Shown here piece after piece: positions 12,726 to 26,395 of a stretch of 64,000 nucleotides of DNA. The notes beneath the pieces were generated by a model, which saw only the letters and a program-made list of their open reading frames with translations, was not told the DNA's origin and did not search any database. This DNA comes from Raja brachyura (taxonomy: Eukaryota), in contig OY740791.1 of the NCBI GenBank assembly GCA_963514005.1, forward strand, positions 52,018,001 through 52,082,000. The letters are read 5' to 3'. Position 1 is the first letter of the stretch, and each line of letters begins with the position of its first letter. The position numbers and the translations under genes were made by a program.

Positions 12726-14608
12726 GAACCATGAGATCCGCAGTGTTCTGAAGTCCAGATCCTCGGCATTGAGGTCTGGAGATGCAGAGGTCTACAAGTA
12801 GTCCAGATACAACCTTGGTATGGCCATCAAAAAGGACAAAAGGGACTTCTGCTCTCATCTGGAGGATGAGACAGATGTTCGTCAACTGTGACAGGGCTTG
12901 AATGCAATTACCTCTTACAAGGCAAAATCAGGAAGCAACTCAAATGTCAGCGAAACATCACTCCCTGACGAGCTCAATGCGTTTTACGCACGCATTGATA
13001 TTGAGAGCACTGATGTGCCTTCCCGAGCCCCCATTCGCCATGCTGGTATTTCGGTCACAGTCACAGAAGCTGACGTCAGAATATCCTTCAGAGGGGTGAA
13101 CCCTCGGAAAGCACCTGGAACTGATGGCATACCCGGGCGTGTTTTATAAACCTGTGCAGACCAACTGGCTGGAGATTTTATGGCCATTTTCAACCTTTCA
13201 ATTCTGTGATCTGAGGTTCCCACCTGCTTTAAAAGGGCATCAATAATACCAGTGCCCAAGAAGAGCAAGGTGATGTGCCTCAATGATTATCGGCCAGTGG
13301 CTGTAACGTCTGTGGTGATGAAGTGCTTTGAGAGGCTGATCATGGCGCAAATCAACTCATACCTCGACAAAAACCTGGACCCATTACAGTTCGCTTACCG
13401 CCACAACAGATCAACGGTGGATATGATCTCACTGGCTCTACACTCTGCTCTGGACCACTTGGACAACAAAAACTTACATGTCAGGCTGTTATTCATTGAC
13501 AACAGCTCGCATTTAATACCATCATCCCCTCCAAGCTGGTTACCAAGCTCTTAGATCTGGGTCTCTGTGCATCCCTCTGTAATTGGATCCTCGACTTCCT
13601 CATCCACAGACCACAGTCTGTCCGTATTGGTGGAAATGTGTCATCCTCGATAAGAATCAACACAGGAGCACCTCAAGGCTGCGTGTTCAGCCCCCTGTTG
13701 TACTCACTCTATACTCATGACAGCTTAGCTGGACATAGTGCAAACTCCATCATCACGTTCGCCGACGACACCACTGTTGTGGGACGTATCACAGATGGGG
13801 ACAACTCAGAGTATAGAAGTGAGATCGACCGATTGACCAAATGGTGTCAGCACAATAACCTGGCTCTCAACACCAGCAAAACCAAGGAACTGATTGTGGA
13901 CTTTGGAAGGGGTAGGATGGGGACCCACAGTCCCGTTTAAATGGTGGAAAGGGTCAAGAACTTCAAATTCCTGGGCGTGCATATTTCTGAAGATCTCTCC
14001 TGGTCCCAGGACACATGATGCAATTATAAAGAAAGCACATCATCTCCTCGATTTCCCGAGAAGATTATGAAGAGTCGGTATGTCAAGGAGGACTCTCTCG
14101 AACTTCTACAGGTGCACAGTAGAGAGCATGCTGACTGGTTGCATTGTGGCTTGGTTCGGCAACTTGAGCTTCCAGGAGCAGAAAAGGCTGCAAAAAGTTA
14201 TAAACACTGCCCAGTCCATCATCGCATCTGACCTCCCTACCATCGAGGGGATCTATCGTAGTCGCTGCCTCAAAAAGGCTGCCAACATCATCAAGGACCC
14301 ACACCATCCTGGCCACATACTCATCTCTCCGCTGCAACATCCAGGTTCTGCAACATCCAGGTTCAGGAACAACTTCTTGCCCACAGCCATCAGACTATTA
14401 AACACAACTTCAAACAAACTCTGAACTATAATAGCCTATTGCACTTTATCTGTTTATTTTTGTGTGTATATATATATATTCTCTGGTATATGGACACATT
14501 GATGTGTTCTGTATTTACGCCTACAATAATCTGCTTGTACTGCAGCAAGCAAGAATTTCATTGTCCTATCTGGGGCACACGACAATAAACTCTCTTGACT
14601 TGACTTGA
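12726..14608 (+). mobile_element. Rex1/Babar-like LINE, 5'-truncated
   Basis: [31 protein letters not shown]; (cttga)n tail; absent from intact gene intron 2. Confidence 0.92.
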
Positions 14609-14797
14609 CTCACCCTGAATCTCATTGATCTGTTTTTCACAGTTGAGGCAAGTCCACAGCGCCCTCTGCTGGGCAGTGACGTCACACTCAGCTGCACCAT
14701 CTCCAGACTCTCAGATACAGTCAGTCTTTATTCGAGACCAATGGAATCATCCCAGCAGAACAGGAGCAACACTGATCAGATCAACCTGAATTACAAG

Positions 14798-14925
14798 GTC
14801 TGAAGAAGGGTTTCGGCCCGAAACGTTGCCTATTTCCTTCACTCCATAGATGCTGCTGCACCCGCTGAGTTTCTCCAGCACTTTTGTCTACCTTCGATTT
14901 TCCAGCATGTGCAGTTCCTTCTTAA
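14798..14925 (+). mobile_element. Short Penelope-type repeat with hammerhead core inserted in pseudogene D2 exon
   Basis: gtCTGAAGAagggtttcggcccGAAAcgttg; flanked by acaaggtct/acacggtct; absent in the intact exon. Confidence 0.7.
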
Positions 14926-16413
14926 ACACGGTCTATCTGATGGTTCGACATGTTACAGTGGGGGATAGGAAGCTGTATGTGTGTGAATTGCAGGAAAACG
15001 GAAACACTGGTCACACATATAATGCAGGTTTTACTGCAGACGAGTGTAAGTGTAAACACCTCCCATTACATATTAAGTAGACACTTGTATCACGGTGCTT
15101 CTTGCAATGTTATTTGTGCGCCATGTGAAGAGCTGTGGTCAGTGACCAACTGCTCTCGTGTATAAAATGCTGCAATGATCAGGGAGAAGTTTCCAGAAAG
15201 TCTCTCCGTGCAGCAGCTGCCTGCTCGTCTCTGTGTGACAGACACACAGCACAGGAGTGAGGATGTATTTCTGTAACTATTGTTCAGTGAAGTATTTTGT
15301 CAGTTTAACTTGCCATCAATGCTCCAGTATCTGAGACTGAGATATTGATACAGAACTCACGTCAAAGTGTCAGATAGAAAGTGTCGTCACCATGACAACC
15401 ACCAACACTTGCTGCTCACACTCACACTGGGGGTCCCGGTGCACAAATCAGCACTGAACAACAATCCGTCCCCTCTCCCCTCACTGACCCTTCTCTCCGA
15501 GTCCTGCTGCTGTTTGAAGTGATTCCAGCTGCTGCAGACTCGGGCTTCAGATCAGCATTCAGCTGGGAACAGGACCCGGGGAAGAGGGAAGGCCAGGGAA
15601 TCAATGGGTGTGAATGGGAGAGGGATCGTGGGAATAATGGGAATGAAGAGACGGGTAGACCCGACCCACTTGAACTGCCAAGCTGTCCGGATCAGGCCCC
15701 GCGCAGGCATCCTCTGGGCTGCTTCTGTCCACAGCCTGAACCTGCACCACCTCTTGCAGACTGACAGAGAGATTCACCTCCCGGGCCGCTCTCGGGAGTC
15801 TCCGGGAGGTTTCATTCCATCCCGGGAGATTCCCGGGCAGTCCAGGTGTGGGGGCGAACCTAATGTTGAAATGTAGAGTGGAATATCCAAACTTCTCTGC
15901 AATTTACTCCTGTACAAGACATTTTATTTTATAAAGATCTGATGAATTTTGTTGCGGCATTCATGAAATGTTACATTTCAAACTTGATCAGCTGAACAAA
16001 ACGCCACGAATGTTTATAAGAATGCGGATGAGAATCTCTCTATGGCACGGTAACTGTAACACTGAAAGGAGTATTCTTCTGCCTCTCTGATGTAGATTTA
16101 TATAACAGGGGATACACGCTTTGCCGCTCCAGTACAGATCACAGTGAATTTCACCTGGTTTGTTCTCGTAATTATATATCCACTGCTGAGTGGACCTGGA
16201 CATCTCGTCGCCTTCAACAACAACAGAAAGTAATAGCATCAGCAAAACACTCTCAGCCCATCAATGTCAACGGGACCTACTTCCGGAATCGACTGATGAC
16301 CTCAGTGAAACACTTCAACAGCAAGGATTTCAGTGTGAGGATTGCACCAATTTTCTTTCAAGATGCCGGACTGGTTCTGCCTGTCCTGCCCTCCACCTCC
16401 AGCTCCCCTCCCC

Positions 16414-16740
16414 TCAGTCCGACAATGGGATCCTGCTGAAGATGGGCAGCCGCCGGCGGGGTGAAGTGGCAGCGGGTACCGTAGGGGCAGAGCTCAACTC
16501 GGCCAGGCCGTGGGTGAACTGGCACTTGTCACCGCAGCGGCCCATCAGGGACCGGGTTCCTCTGGAGCTGGAGCGGGGTTGGGCTGGAGTTGGCGCAGGC
16601 TGTGATTCTGTGGGTATGTGCTGATGGTGGGCCTGGGGCCCGGAGTCCAGTCGGGGACACTCGAGTGGCGGGGGGAGAACAGAACACGGTCCAGTAGCGG
16701 TTCAATAGCGCTTGCAGCTGCGGGGACACGGGTTCTATCC
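16414..16740 (-). pseudogene. Internally deleted ZFP36/tristetraprolin-family exon 2
   Basis: Minus strand: GRCGDKCQFTHGLAEL (finger 1 end), ELCPYGTRCHF (finger 2 end, other frame) and RRLPIFSRIPLSD-stop (C-terminal CNOT1-binding motif). LLDR..RHS lies upstream, with an acceptor-like ctcatttgcagccag near 16740-16755. Confidence 0.88.
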
Positions 16741-17980
16741 TGGCTGCAAATGAGACGAGGTTCTGCGGATGAGAGCCGGTTCAGTCTTATCCCCCCCCCC
16801 CCCCCTTCCGCCTTGTCTCCCCCCACCCACCTCCCCCCCCCCCCCCCCCCCCCCGCTCCCCACCGGTCTATTGAGCGGCGCTGAGCTGCTTTGTATAAAC
16901 AGGGCTTTATTTCCTTCGTGTTTTCAATCTTTCATTATTCTAGATGAGGAAATACTGTTTTAAAATTCGTTGCATTTATTTTGCTTTATACAAAGCTGCG
17001 ATGTTTTTCTCGTTTTTATTGGTTCACGCATCCGTGAGTGAGCGAGATCGCGAAGATAAATGACATTTTTTTTTCTTGATGGTGGGGGAAATGAAATTAA
17101 ATGTATGATTTCTATAACTTTCAATAGACTTTAAGTTCGTTGCACTGATTTAAATTGCTGCAGCTGCAGCTACAGCAAGAGCTGCAAGTTCAGCTTTTCT
17201 CCCCCTTTTTTTAACCCCCTCTAAGGAAAGGGGGTAAGAAAATCTTCAAAGCATCGACTTTCCATGACATCCACATTAATGTGCCCAGTGGTCATGTACA
17301 TCACAGACTGTATAAGGATAGCAGGTTGTCTCTCCTTGAGGATGCCGGTGGTAGAGACAGGATTCTGTTTACTTGTTTCTAAAGACAAATCTTCAAATGC
17401 ATTATTTTTGTTTTTGTGCTGCCCACTGTGGGTCAAAGGCAGGATTATGAGGACAGGAACATTGCCCCATTTCCCATACACTGTTACTGTGCTGAGGAAT
17501 AAAACAATATGACAAAGAGAGGTCCATCTAGGATTCTGGCCGACTGACCAACTCCAGACATTGAGGACTGAGTCTGGTGGGTCACCCCTCATACAATGGA
17601 AAGGATATCACCCCGGGGGGGGGGGGGGGGGGGGGATGACAGTCAAGGGTGTATTGTGTAAAGATAAGTGCAAACCTACTGAGTGTGACACTATTGAATG
17701 TATAGACACAAAGAGTGTTTGTGTTAGTTTTGTATAGAAATATGGAACTGCAGATGCTGTTTTACCAAGGAAAGACATAAAATACTGGAGTAACTCAGTG
17801 TGTTAGGCCAACAAGTTAGTACCTGGAGAACAAGGATAGTGTCTAGTTGGGACCCTTCAGACTAGTTTAATATATATTTCTTATTCAGAATTAAAACATT
17901 TTTTTGAATATAAAAAATGTGAGGTTTGAAGAGAGCAAGGACTCTGCCTTTCCCCATATCACATTCAGGACTCACATTCA

Positions 17981-20900
17981 CATTCCTTGAGGAGCTTAAC
18001 CACTTTTATGGCCACTTTGACAGGGACAATCAAGAGATGACCATCAAGGCTGTGCTCCCTACTGACCATCAGCCCCTCACAATCACCCCCTACGACGTGT
18101 ATGTAGCACTGAGCAGGATTAATGCACGTAAGGCTGCTGGCCCTGACGGCATCCCCGGGCGCGTCCTCAGGACCTGTGCTGCACAGCTGACAGACATCTG
18201 GACCGACATCTTCAACCTGTCACTTGCCCAAGCAGTTGTCCCCACGTGCCTTAAAACCACCTCCATTGTGCCGGTGCCAAAACACTCCACTGCGGTGAGC
18301 CTCAACAACTTCCGCCCAGATGCACTTACACCCATCATCACCAAGTGCTTCGAGAGGCTGGTCCTGGCACACCTCTAAGGCTGCCTACCTCCCATTCTGG
18401 ACCCCTATCAGTTCGCCTACCGCAAGAACAGGAGTACGGAGGATGCCATCTCAACGGCACTCCACTCCGCTCTTTCCCACCTCGACAACAGAGACACCTA
18501 CGTGAGAACACCTACGCTGTTCATCGAATATAGCTCAGCATTTAACACCATTATCCCCTCAAAACTGATCACCAAACTCAGCGACCTGGGCATCAACCCC
18601 TCCCTCAGCAACTGGTTACTGGACTTTCTAACTAACAGGCCCCAGTCTGTTAGGTTGGACAACCACACCTCTACAACCCTGACCCTGAACACCGGCGTTC
18701 CACAGGGCTGTGTACTGAGCCCCCTCCTCTACTCCTTCTTCACCTACGACTGCACACCTGTACATGGTTCTAACACCATCATCAAGTATGCAGATGATAC
18801 AACGGTGATACTAAGGAAGACATAAATAATCTGTCGGAAATAGCAGGGGACCGGGGGTCAAATGAGATGGAGGAACTGAGTGAAATCCAGGTTAGCCGGG
18901 AAGTGGTGTTAGGTAAATTCAATGGATTAAAGGCCGATAAATCCCCAGTGCCAGATAGGCGGCATCCCCAGGGCCAGATAGGCTGCATCCCAGAGTACTT
19001 AAGGAATAGTGGATGCATTAGTGATAATTTTTCAAAACTCTTCACATTCTGGAGTAGTTCCTGAGGATTGGAGGGTAGCTAATGTAACCCCACTTTTTAA
19101 AAAGGGAGGGAGAGAGAAAAAGGGGACAGACCAGTTAGTCTAACATCGGTAGTGGGGAAAATGCTAGAGTCAGTTATTAAACATGGGATAGCAGCACATT
19201 TAGAAAGTGGTGAAATCACTGGACAAATTCAGCATGGATTTATGAAAGGTAAATCATGTCTGACGAATCATAGAATATTTCGAGGATGTTACTAGTAGAA
19301 TGGATAGGGGAGAACCTGGGGATATCTGGACTTTCAGAAGGCTTTCGACAAGGTCCCACATAAGAGATTAGCATACAAACTTAAAGCACACGGTATTGGG
19401 GGTTCAGTATTGATGTGGATAGAGAACTAGCTGGCAGACAGGAAGCAAAGAGTAGGAGTAAACAGGTCATTTTCAGAATGGCAGGCAGTGACTAGTGGGG
19501 TACCGCAAGGCTCAGTGCTGGGATCCCAGCTATTTACTATATATATTAATTACCTCGATGAGGGAATTGAATGCAACATCTCCAAGTTTGCGAATGACAC
19601 GAAGCTGGGGGGCAGTGTTAGCTGTGAGGAGGATGCTAGGAGGCTGCAAGGTGACTTGGATAGGTTGGGTGAGTGGGCAAATGCATGGCAGATGCACTAT
19701 AATGTGGATAAATGTGAGGTTATCCACTTTGGCGGCAAAAACAGGATGGTAGACTATTATCTGAATGGTGGCCGATTAGGAAAAGGGGAGATGCAACGAG
19801 ACCTGGGTGTCATGGTACACCAGTCATTGAAAGTAGGCATGCAGGTGCAGCAGGCTGTGAAGAAAGCGAATGGTATGTTGGCATTCATAGCAAAAGGATT
19901 TGAGCAGGGAGGTTCTACTGAAGTTGTACAGGGTTTTGGTGAGGCCACATCTGGAGTATTGCGTACAGCTTTGGTCTCCTAATCTGAGGAAAGACATTCT
20001 AGCCATAGAGGGAGTACAGAGAAGGTTCACCAGACAGATTCCTGGGATGGCAGGACTTCCATGTGAAGAAAGACTAGATAGACTCGGCTTGTACTCACTT
20101 GAATTTAGGAGATTGAGGGGGGATCTTATAGAGGCTTACAAATGCAGGAAGATTGTCCCCGATGCTGGGGAACTCCAGAACAAGGGGTCACAGTTTAAGG
20201 ATAAGGGGGAAGTATTTTAGGACCGAGATGAGAAGATCATTTTTCACACAGAGAGTGGTGAGTCCGTGGAATTCTCTGCTACAGAAGGTAGTTGAGGCCA
20301 GTTCATTGGCTATATATAAGAGGGAGTTAGATGTGGCCCTTGTGGCTAAAGGGATCAGGGGGTATGGAGAGAAGGCAGGTACAGGATCCTGAGTGGGATG
20401 ATCAGCCACGATCATATTGAATGGCGGTGCAGGCTCGAAGGGCCGAATAGTCTACTCCTGCACCTATTTTCTATGATTCTATGATTGGCCTCATCAGCGA
20501 CAACATTTAGTCGACCTATAGGGAGGAGGGACTGCGCGCACACCCCCAACCATATTAACGGGAAGGGGTGGAATGTGTTTCCAGCTTCAGGTTTCTGGGG
20601 GTCAACATCTCTGATGACCTCTCATGGACCCACAATACCTCTACACTGGTCAAGAAGGCTCATCAGTGTCTCTTCTTCCTATGGAGACTAAAGAAGGTCC
20701 ATCTGTCTACTCAGATTCTGGTGAACTTCTTCCGCTGCACCATCAAGATCATCCTTACCAACTGTATCACAGTACGGTATGGCAACTGCTCTGTCTCCGA
20801 CCAGAAAGCACTGTAGAGGGTGGTGAAAACTACCCAACGCATCACCGGTTCCTCACTCCCCTCCATTGAGTCTGTCCAAAGCAAGCGATGTCTGCGAAGG

Positions 20901-21058
20901 GTGCGCAGCATCGTCAAGGACTGGTCTCACCCCAGCCTCAGACTGTTTACCCTCCTCCCATCCAGGAGGCGCTACAGGTCCCTCCATTGCCGGGCCATCA
21001 GGTTCAGGAACAGCTTCTTCCCTGCGGCAGATACACTACTTAAATCTGCGCCTCGGTG
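17981..21058 (+). mobile_element. Rex1/Babar-like LINE RT region (17981-18809 and 20485-21058)
   Basis: [42 protein letters not shown]; resumes after the nested CR1. Confidence 0.9.
18810..20484 (+). mobile_element. CR1 LINE nested inside a Rex1-like LINE
   Basis: [28 protein letters not shown]; splits the host RT between YADDTTV and IGLIS. Confidence 0.95.
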
Positions 21059-21797
21059 ATTGATCTGGGCTGTTTCGCTTCCTGTTTTTTATCTCAACTA
21101 AATTTCACAATGTGTAAATAAACATCAGAAGTGTGAAGGACAAAGAAAACATTAAACCATCCCAAAACCTATTGAAACATGCAAAAGAGAATCGGCAGTG
21201 GATTATTTGTCACTTTGAGCCTGTTCAATCATTCAAATCTCATGTTCCAATTCTCTCCATATACATCTTGATGCATTTTATGTCAAATAAATTTATCCCG
21301 TAGGTAACAAAATTCAGTGACCTGCCATCCACCATTATCTGTAGGGTGAATTTCAATGGCTCACCATATTTACAATGAAGACGTTTCTCAGCCTTAAATG
21401 TTTCACCCTTATCTTGAGACCAAAACCCCTTGTTCCAGATCCTACAGTCACTGGAAATATCCTTATGTATTGAGTCGGTCTAGCTCTGCTTTAAATTTTG
21501 TTTAATTTAGAGAGGTCCCGTTTAAGTCTTCCAAACTCCAGTGACGACTGGCTCAGTTAGCTCATCCTCTCCTTGCCAGTGATGGAAATGGGTGGGTACG
21601 CAGTGGGACGGCGATACCCTACTTTTCAGTTTCCAGTTTCCATCCTGTGCGTGAATTCACAGCTTTATCCTGCGCCACTGAATCCAAGGGCGAGCGAACG
21701 AGCGGACAGACGGACGATCATAGAGGGGAATAGATGACATTTCGGGTCGAGACCCTTCTTCAGACTGAGTCAGGGGAAGGGGGAACAAGAGATATAG

Positions 21798-22109
<312 letters not shown>

Positions 22110-22409
22110 TAAGGGGGAAATTAAAAAAATACACCCGAAGGAAATAGATGTTTAACAAAAAAAAGGGGGCCGGTGTTCGCTCTGTGTCCATGTCGGAGGG
22201 AAGGGTGTGTGGGGGGGGGGGGGGGGGGGGACACTAGGGAGGAATATCAAAATGATCACCTGAGGGAAAAAAAGATGACTTGTGCGTGAAGAAGCCATGA
22301 CCAAAGCAAAGATACTAGAGCGGAGACGGAAGCTGGTTACGGAAATGGTGCTGAAGTTTACCCATGACCCTACTACGGCTTTTTCGTTGAATGCACTATC
22401 TTGCTCCGC

Positions 22410-22783
22410 TATTGGATCTTTGGTTTCCAGTCTCCATGAGAGGGAGAGTGTGGAGGAAAGTGGCGCTGGAAGGGCAGTCCATGTCTTTCACCAGCTCATT
22501 GGAACTTTTCCCAATACCATAATGACTGTCTAAGAACTTGGCCCTCATCAGACCTGGCGTCTCTCCGCCGTAAACGGAGTTCACCTCCTGGACGCTCAAC
22601 TAGTAGCCCACCCGCTCCTTCCTGAAGCGGATATCAAACAGCTGGTGGGACTGTGGAGGATCGCAAATCCCAATCAAAGTCGCGAATGTAGTTGTTTACA
22701 ACATGGTATCTTGGTCCACGTGGCTCGAACTGGAGGTGGCCGTAGGTTTCAAACATCTGGCGAGGTCTCAGCGAGGCGTAGTT
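22410..22783 (-). pseudogene. Copper amine oxidase exon fragment, copy 2
   Basis: Near-identical to 9690-10062, with an additional TAG stop replacing the E of YELSVQE. Confidence 0.9.
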
Positions 22784-23351
22784 GGAGTGAGGGGTGGGGT
22801 GGGACCCTGACCCGGACCCGTGGCGGCTCCTGCTCCATTCCCTCCCTGGCCCGCTGAGTTCCTCCAGCAATCTGTGTTTTTTGTTTGGCTGTGGAGTTGA
22901 AGGTGGACACGGGGGTGCTGGGGTGGCTCAGCGGGCAGGGCGGCGGCTCTGGGGAGTGGGTGGCGTTTCGGGTCGAGACCCTTCTGCAGACAATCACAAG
23001 TACTCTCACCGACAATAGTTCAGTTCAGTCTGAAGAAGGGTCTTCCCTCCAGAGTCGCTGCCTGTCCTGCTGAGTTACTCCAGCTTTATGTCTAACTTCA
23101 ATTGGAAGAGTTAAATTAAATACACAGAGTGCTGGAGGAACTCAGCGGGTTAGGCGGCATCTGTGGAGGGAGTGGATTAGGAGGTTTTTCGGGACAGGCT
23201 TCTTCTTCAGTAGGAAGGAACTGCAGATCAAATATACTAGAGCGGATACTAGTATCTTTGCTGCAGATCAGGAATGATATTCTTCAGATTTAAATCGGAA
23301 TTCCGATTTTATTGTTTTCCTATTGTCAATTTTTTGTGCCCGATTATTTGG

Positions 23352-23517
23352 CGGCCAATTACCTGCTGTCTCTAAGGGGGTTGCGTCCAATCACCGACCA
23401 GCTTCCTTAAAATTCCCGTCCAATCACCAAATCGGTCTCATCCCGTCCAATCAGCCGCCGTCTCCAAAGACATAGTGTCCAATCAACTAATGCGCTGGTC
23501 AGTCGGCGGCCAATCAG
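23352..23517. promoter_or_regulatory. Array of six CCAAT boxes (NF-Y-type promoter fragment)
   Basis: CCAAT at 23355, 23387, 23420, 23447, 23479 and 23510, all in one orientation, in CpG-containing sequence. Confidence 0.7.
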
Positions 23518-23693
23518 ACACAGTCTCCGAGGGGCCTTTTTTTTTAATCAATGACCGACCTGCTTGATGACTGCAGCCAACAGAGAGAGAGACACACACA
23601 CAGACAGATGCAAGAAAACAGGTATGACGAATAATACACAATAAACTATATTATAAATATATAATAAACAAATTATGCATTCTTGGACTCTCA

Positions 23694-24028
23694 AGGGCCT
23701 GTCCCACTTTCCCCAGTTATTCACGAATTCTTCCGTGTTTTCAAACTCGCAGAATGTTCGTAACAAATCCGTAGGGGGCCGTAGGAGCGTGGATGTATCG
23801 TAGTGGCTCGTTATGCCAGCCGTAGGTACTCGGGGCTATTTTTTACTCGTGGACATTTTTCACCAGGCTAGAAAAAACGTCCCGACACCTGATGCCCCGA
23901 GTACCGACGGCTGGCATAACGAGCCTCTACGATATATTCACGGACTCCTACGGACTCGTTACGAACATTCTGCGAGTTTGAAAACTTGGGAGAATTCGTG
24001 AATAACTCTGGAAAGTGGGACATGCCAT
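23694..24028. mobile_element. PIF/Harbinger-like palindromic MITE
   Basis: agggcctgtcccacttt...aaagtgggacatgccat with long internal inverted arms; half copy at 10225-10428 and related end at 6810-7100. Confidence 0.75.
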
Positions 24029-26091
24029 TTACATGAGTATGACCGCACATAAAAAAATCCCCCCCCCCTCCTTCCCTCAGCCTCATGGACCTTAGAGTAC
24101 CCCAAGTTCCTAAAGCCCACTTTCATCACTGCTCCTTGTGTATCGAGTCTGTCTAGCTCTGCTTTGAATTTTGTTTAATTTAGAGCGGTCCTAATTAAGT
24201 CTTTCAAACTCCAGTGACTACTGGCTCAGTTAGCTCCTCCTCTCCTTACACATTAGTCCTGCGTCAGCCTTGGCTGCATTACCTCTGTGGCTGAAAAACC
24301 CTTTCTCCGGTATGGAGAGCACATAGACATGTTTGGAGAGACATGGGCCAGGCGCAGCCAATTGTGATGGGGTCAGTTGGACATCTTGGTCAGCATGTGT
24401 GTGTTGTGTCGATGTGTCTATTTCCATGCTGTACAGCTCTATGACTCTCTGCTGCATCTGTGTATATTTGACAGGTATATCAACTGACTGAGATCGCCTG
24501 GAAACCTCTTTGCTTCCTCTTTGCTTCTCCTATTTACTTTCAGTTTCAAGTCATCAAACTTAGAAACATTAAAATTGTTTCCTTGTCAATACCATTGATG
24601 AGCATTGAAAATAATGGACTCAAGAACTGGCTTGATTCTGGATCATTCATCACCACCTGCCACCCTGAAGAAGTCTCCTCTCCGTTTCCTGTCTGCCAAA
24701 TAATTTTCAATTCATACCTGTTTAATATTGCCTAATCCACATATTTTAACATTCAAAGACCTTTTGAAAATTCGACACATCCACTTGTTCTCCCTGAAAC
24801 AAACAAAAACAATCTGCTGGGGGGACTCAGTGGGCCAGGCAGCATCTGTCGAGGAAAATGTGCAGATGACCCTGTGTATCGTGACCCTCCTTCAGTTGCG
24901 AATGGTCATTTGTCTAGTTACTTCCGCAGATGATTCCTGATCAGCAAATTCCCCTCAGCAGTTTGCTCTTTGCTCGTGTTTCCAGAATCTGCAAACTCTT
25001 GGGTCTCCACATCTTCTCCCTTATCTATTCTACATGGTACATCACAATAATCTCTAATAGATTTGTTTTACGATGATGTTACTTACATAAATTCAAAAAG
25101 ACATTGTCTTATCGCATAAATTATTTTAAAATATCCAAACACTGTTTTGGAACTCGGAAACACCAAACCAGGTTGGAGATTGAAATATTTTCATCCAGCA
25201 TGTATCAAACAGGAAACGTAATATGTAGAAAAGAATAGTCATTTAGTAGAGAGAAACACCACTATTTTATTTTTTAATCAGTGGGAGGTAGCAAAAATAA
25301 TTTTTAAAATTACGCTTTTTGGTCAAGACACCAACAATGCAATAGTTAGTTACTATCCTTATAATAAATGCATCCCCAGCACACATGCCCCATGTTCTGT
25401 TTTCAAAGTATTTAAAAAAATTACATAAATAGAGTTGTATGGAATTACTTTTACTGTAAATGTAAAGGGTAAATAGAGAAGTTGTTTCTGAAGATAACAT
25501 CAGCGTAAAAGAGGAAAGATCTATGTTAGGCCCCGTGCTCAGGCTTCCATTTTTAACCCATGAGGATATGACCATCCTTATTTCACTACTGAGGTGTTTA
25601 GTAAATGACGTAAATGATAGGAGTAGGCCCCACAAATAACGAAGGACCAGCAATGCATTTCCAAGTTACGATGGTGACTAACTGGGTCAACTTGTGCCAC
25701 TCCGCTAACTAGACCAAGCAATTCTGGGTATGGATTGTGCTTGCATATTGTGGATATATTTTCTAGCACTGATGCAGTCATCAATGTAATGGGGATAGAG
25801 TCTGGGGATAGGGCCAGTGTTCACCAGGGACGCAATTTATTCCCAGTGGTTGTGAAGGTCTTGGTGCAAACTGCACGGTTTGATTTGGAGAACACTGAAA
25901 GTTGCAGAAGAAATTGGATGATCATGAGGATGGTGGCTGGTGGTTTATCTTGTGTGAAACTCAGGAAATAATTACACTCATTATTGGAATAACTGAGTAA
26001 GTACAGCATTTTTATCATCTAATCTGCTCGTTTGTGTTCTCCTCAATCCAAAACTCACATCGTTTTAAACTGCCAAACCACCCAAATCACA

Positions 26092-26395
26092 GTGGCACAG
26101 ATGTTAGAGCTGCTGCCTCACAGTGCCGGAGACCAGGGTTCAATCCTGACATCGGGTGCTCTCTGGGTGGAGATAGTACGCTCCTTGTGGCAACGTGGAT
26201 TTCCTTCAGGTGCTCAGGTTTCCTACCACATCTCATGAATGAACGGGGTTGTAGGTTACTTGACCTCCATAAATTGCCTGGAGTGTGCAGGGAGTGGACG
26301 GGAAAGTGAGATAACAGAACTAGCGTGAGCAATTGTCGGCGTGGGCGGAGGGTTGAAGGGCCTGTTTCCATGATGTGTCTCAAAACCAAACTAAA
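26092..26395 (+). mobile_element. tRNA-derived SINE (HE1/V-SINE-like)
   Basis: A/B-box-like head (tggcacagatgttag...gggttcaatcc), central body, CR1-like tail gaagggcctgtttcc. Confidence 0.7.

Larger units (their letters stand above)
10428..16370 (+). pseudogene. Truncated paralog of the Ig receptor gene (D1, D2, most of D3)
   Basis: Homology to 29310 onward starts at the leader donor, so the leader is missing. The D1 exon 10911-11251 is 341 nt (frameshift). The D2 exon 14643-15045 is interrupted by a short repeat. The D3 exon 16096-16370 is cut off after DAG. Confidence 0.9.

Noticed and set aside
17150-17245. Possible minus-strand exon EGVKKRGRKAELAALAVAAAAAI after a pyrimidine tract
   Set aside because: Short and low complexity; I cannot assign it to any protein
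26092-26160. tRNA gene
   Set aside because: Degenerate tRNA-like head of a SINE, with no complete cloverleaf
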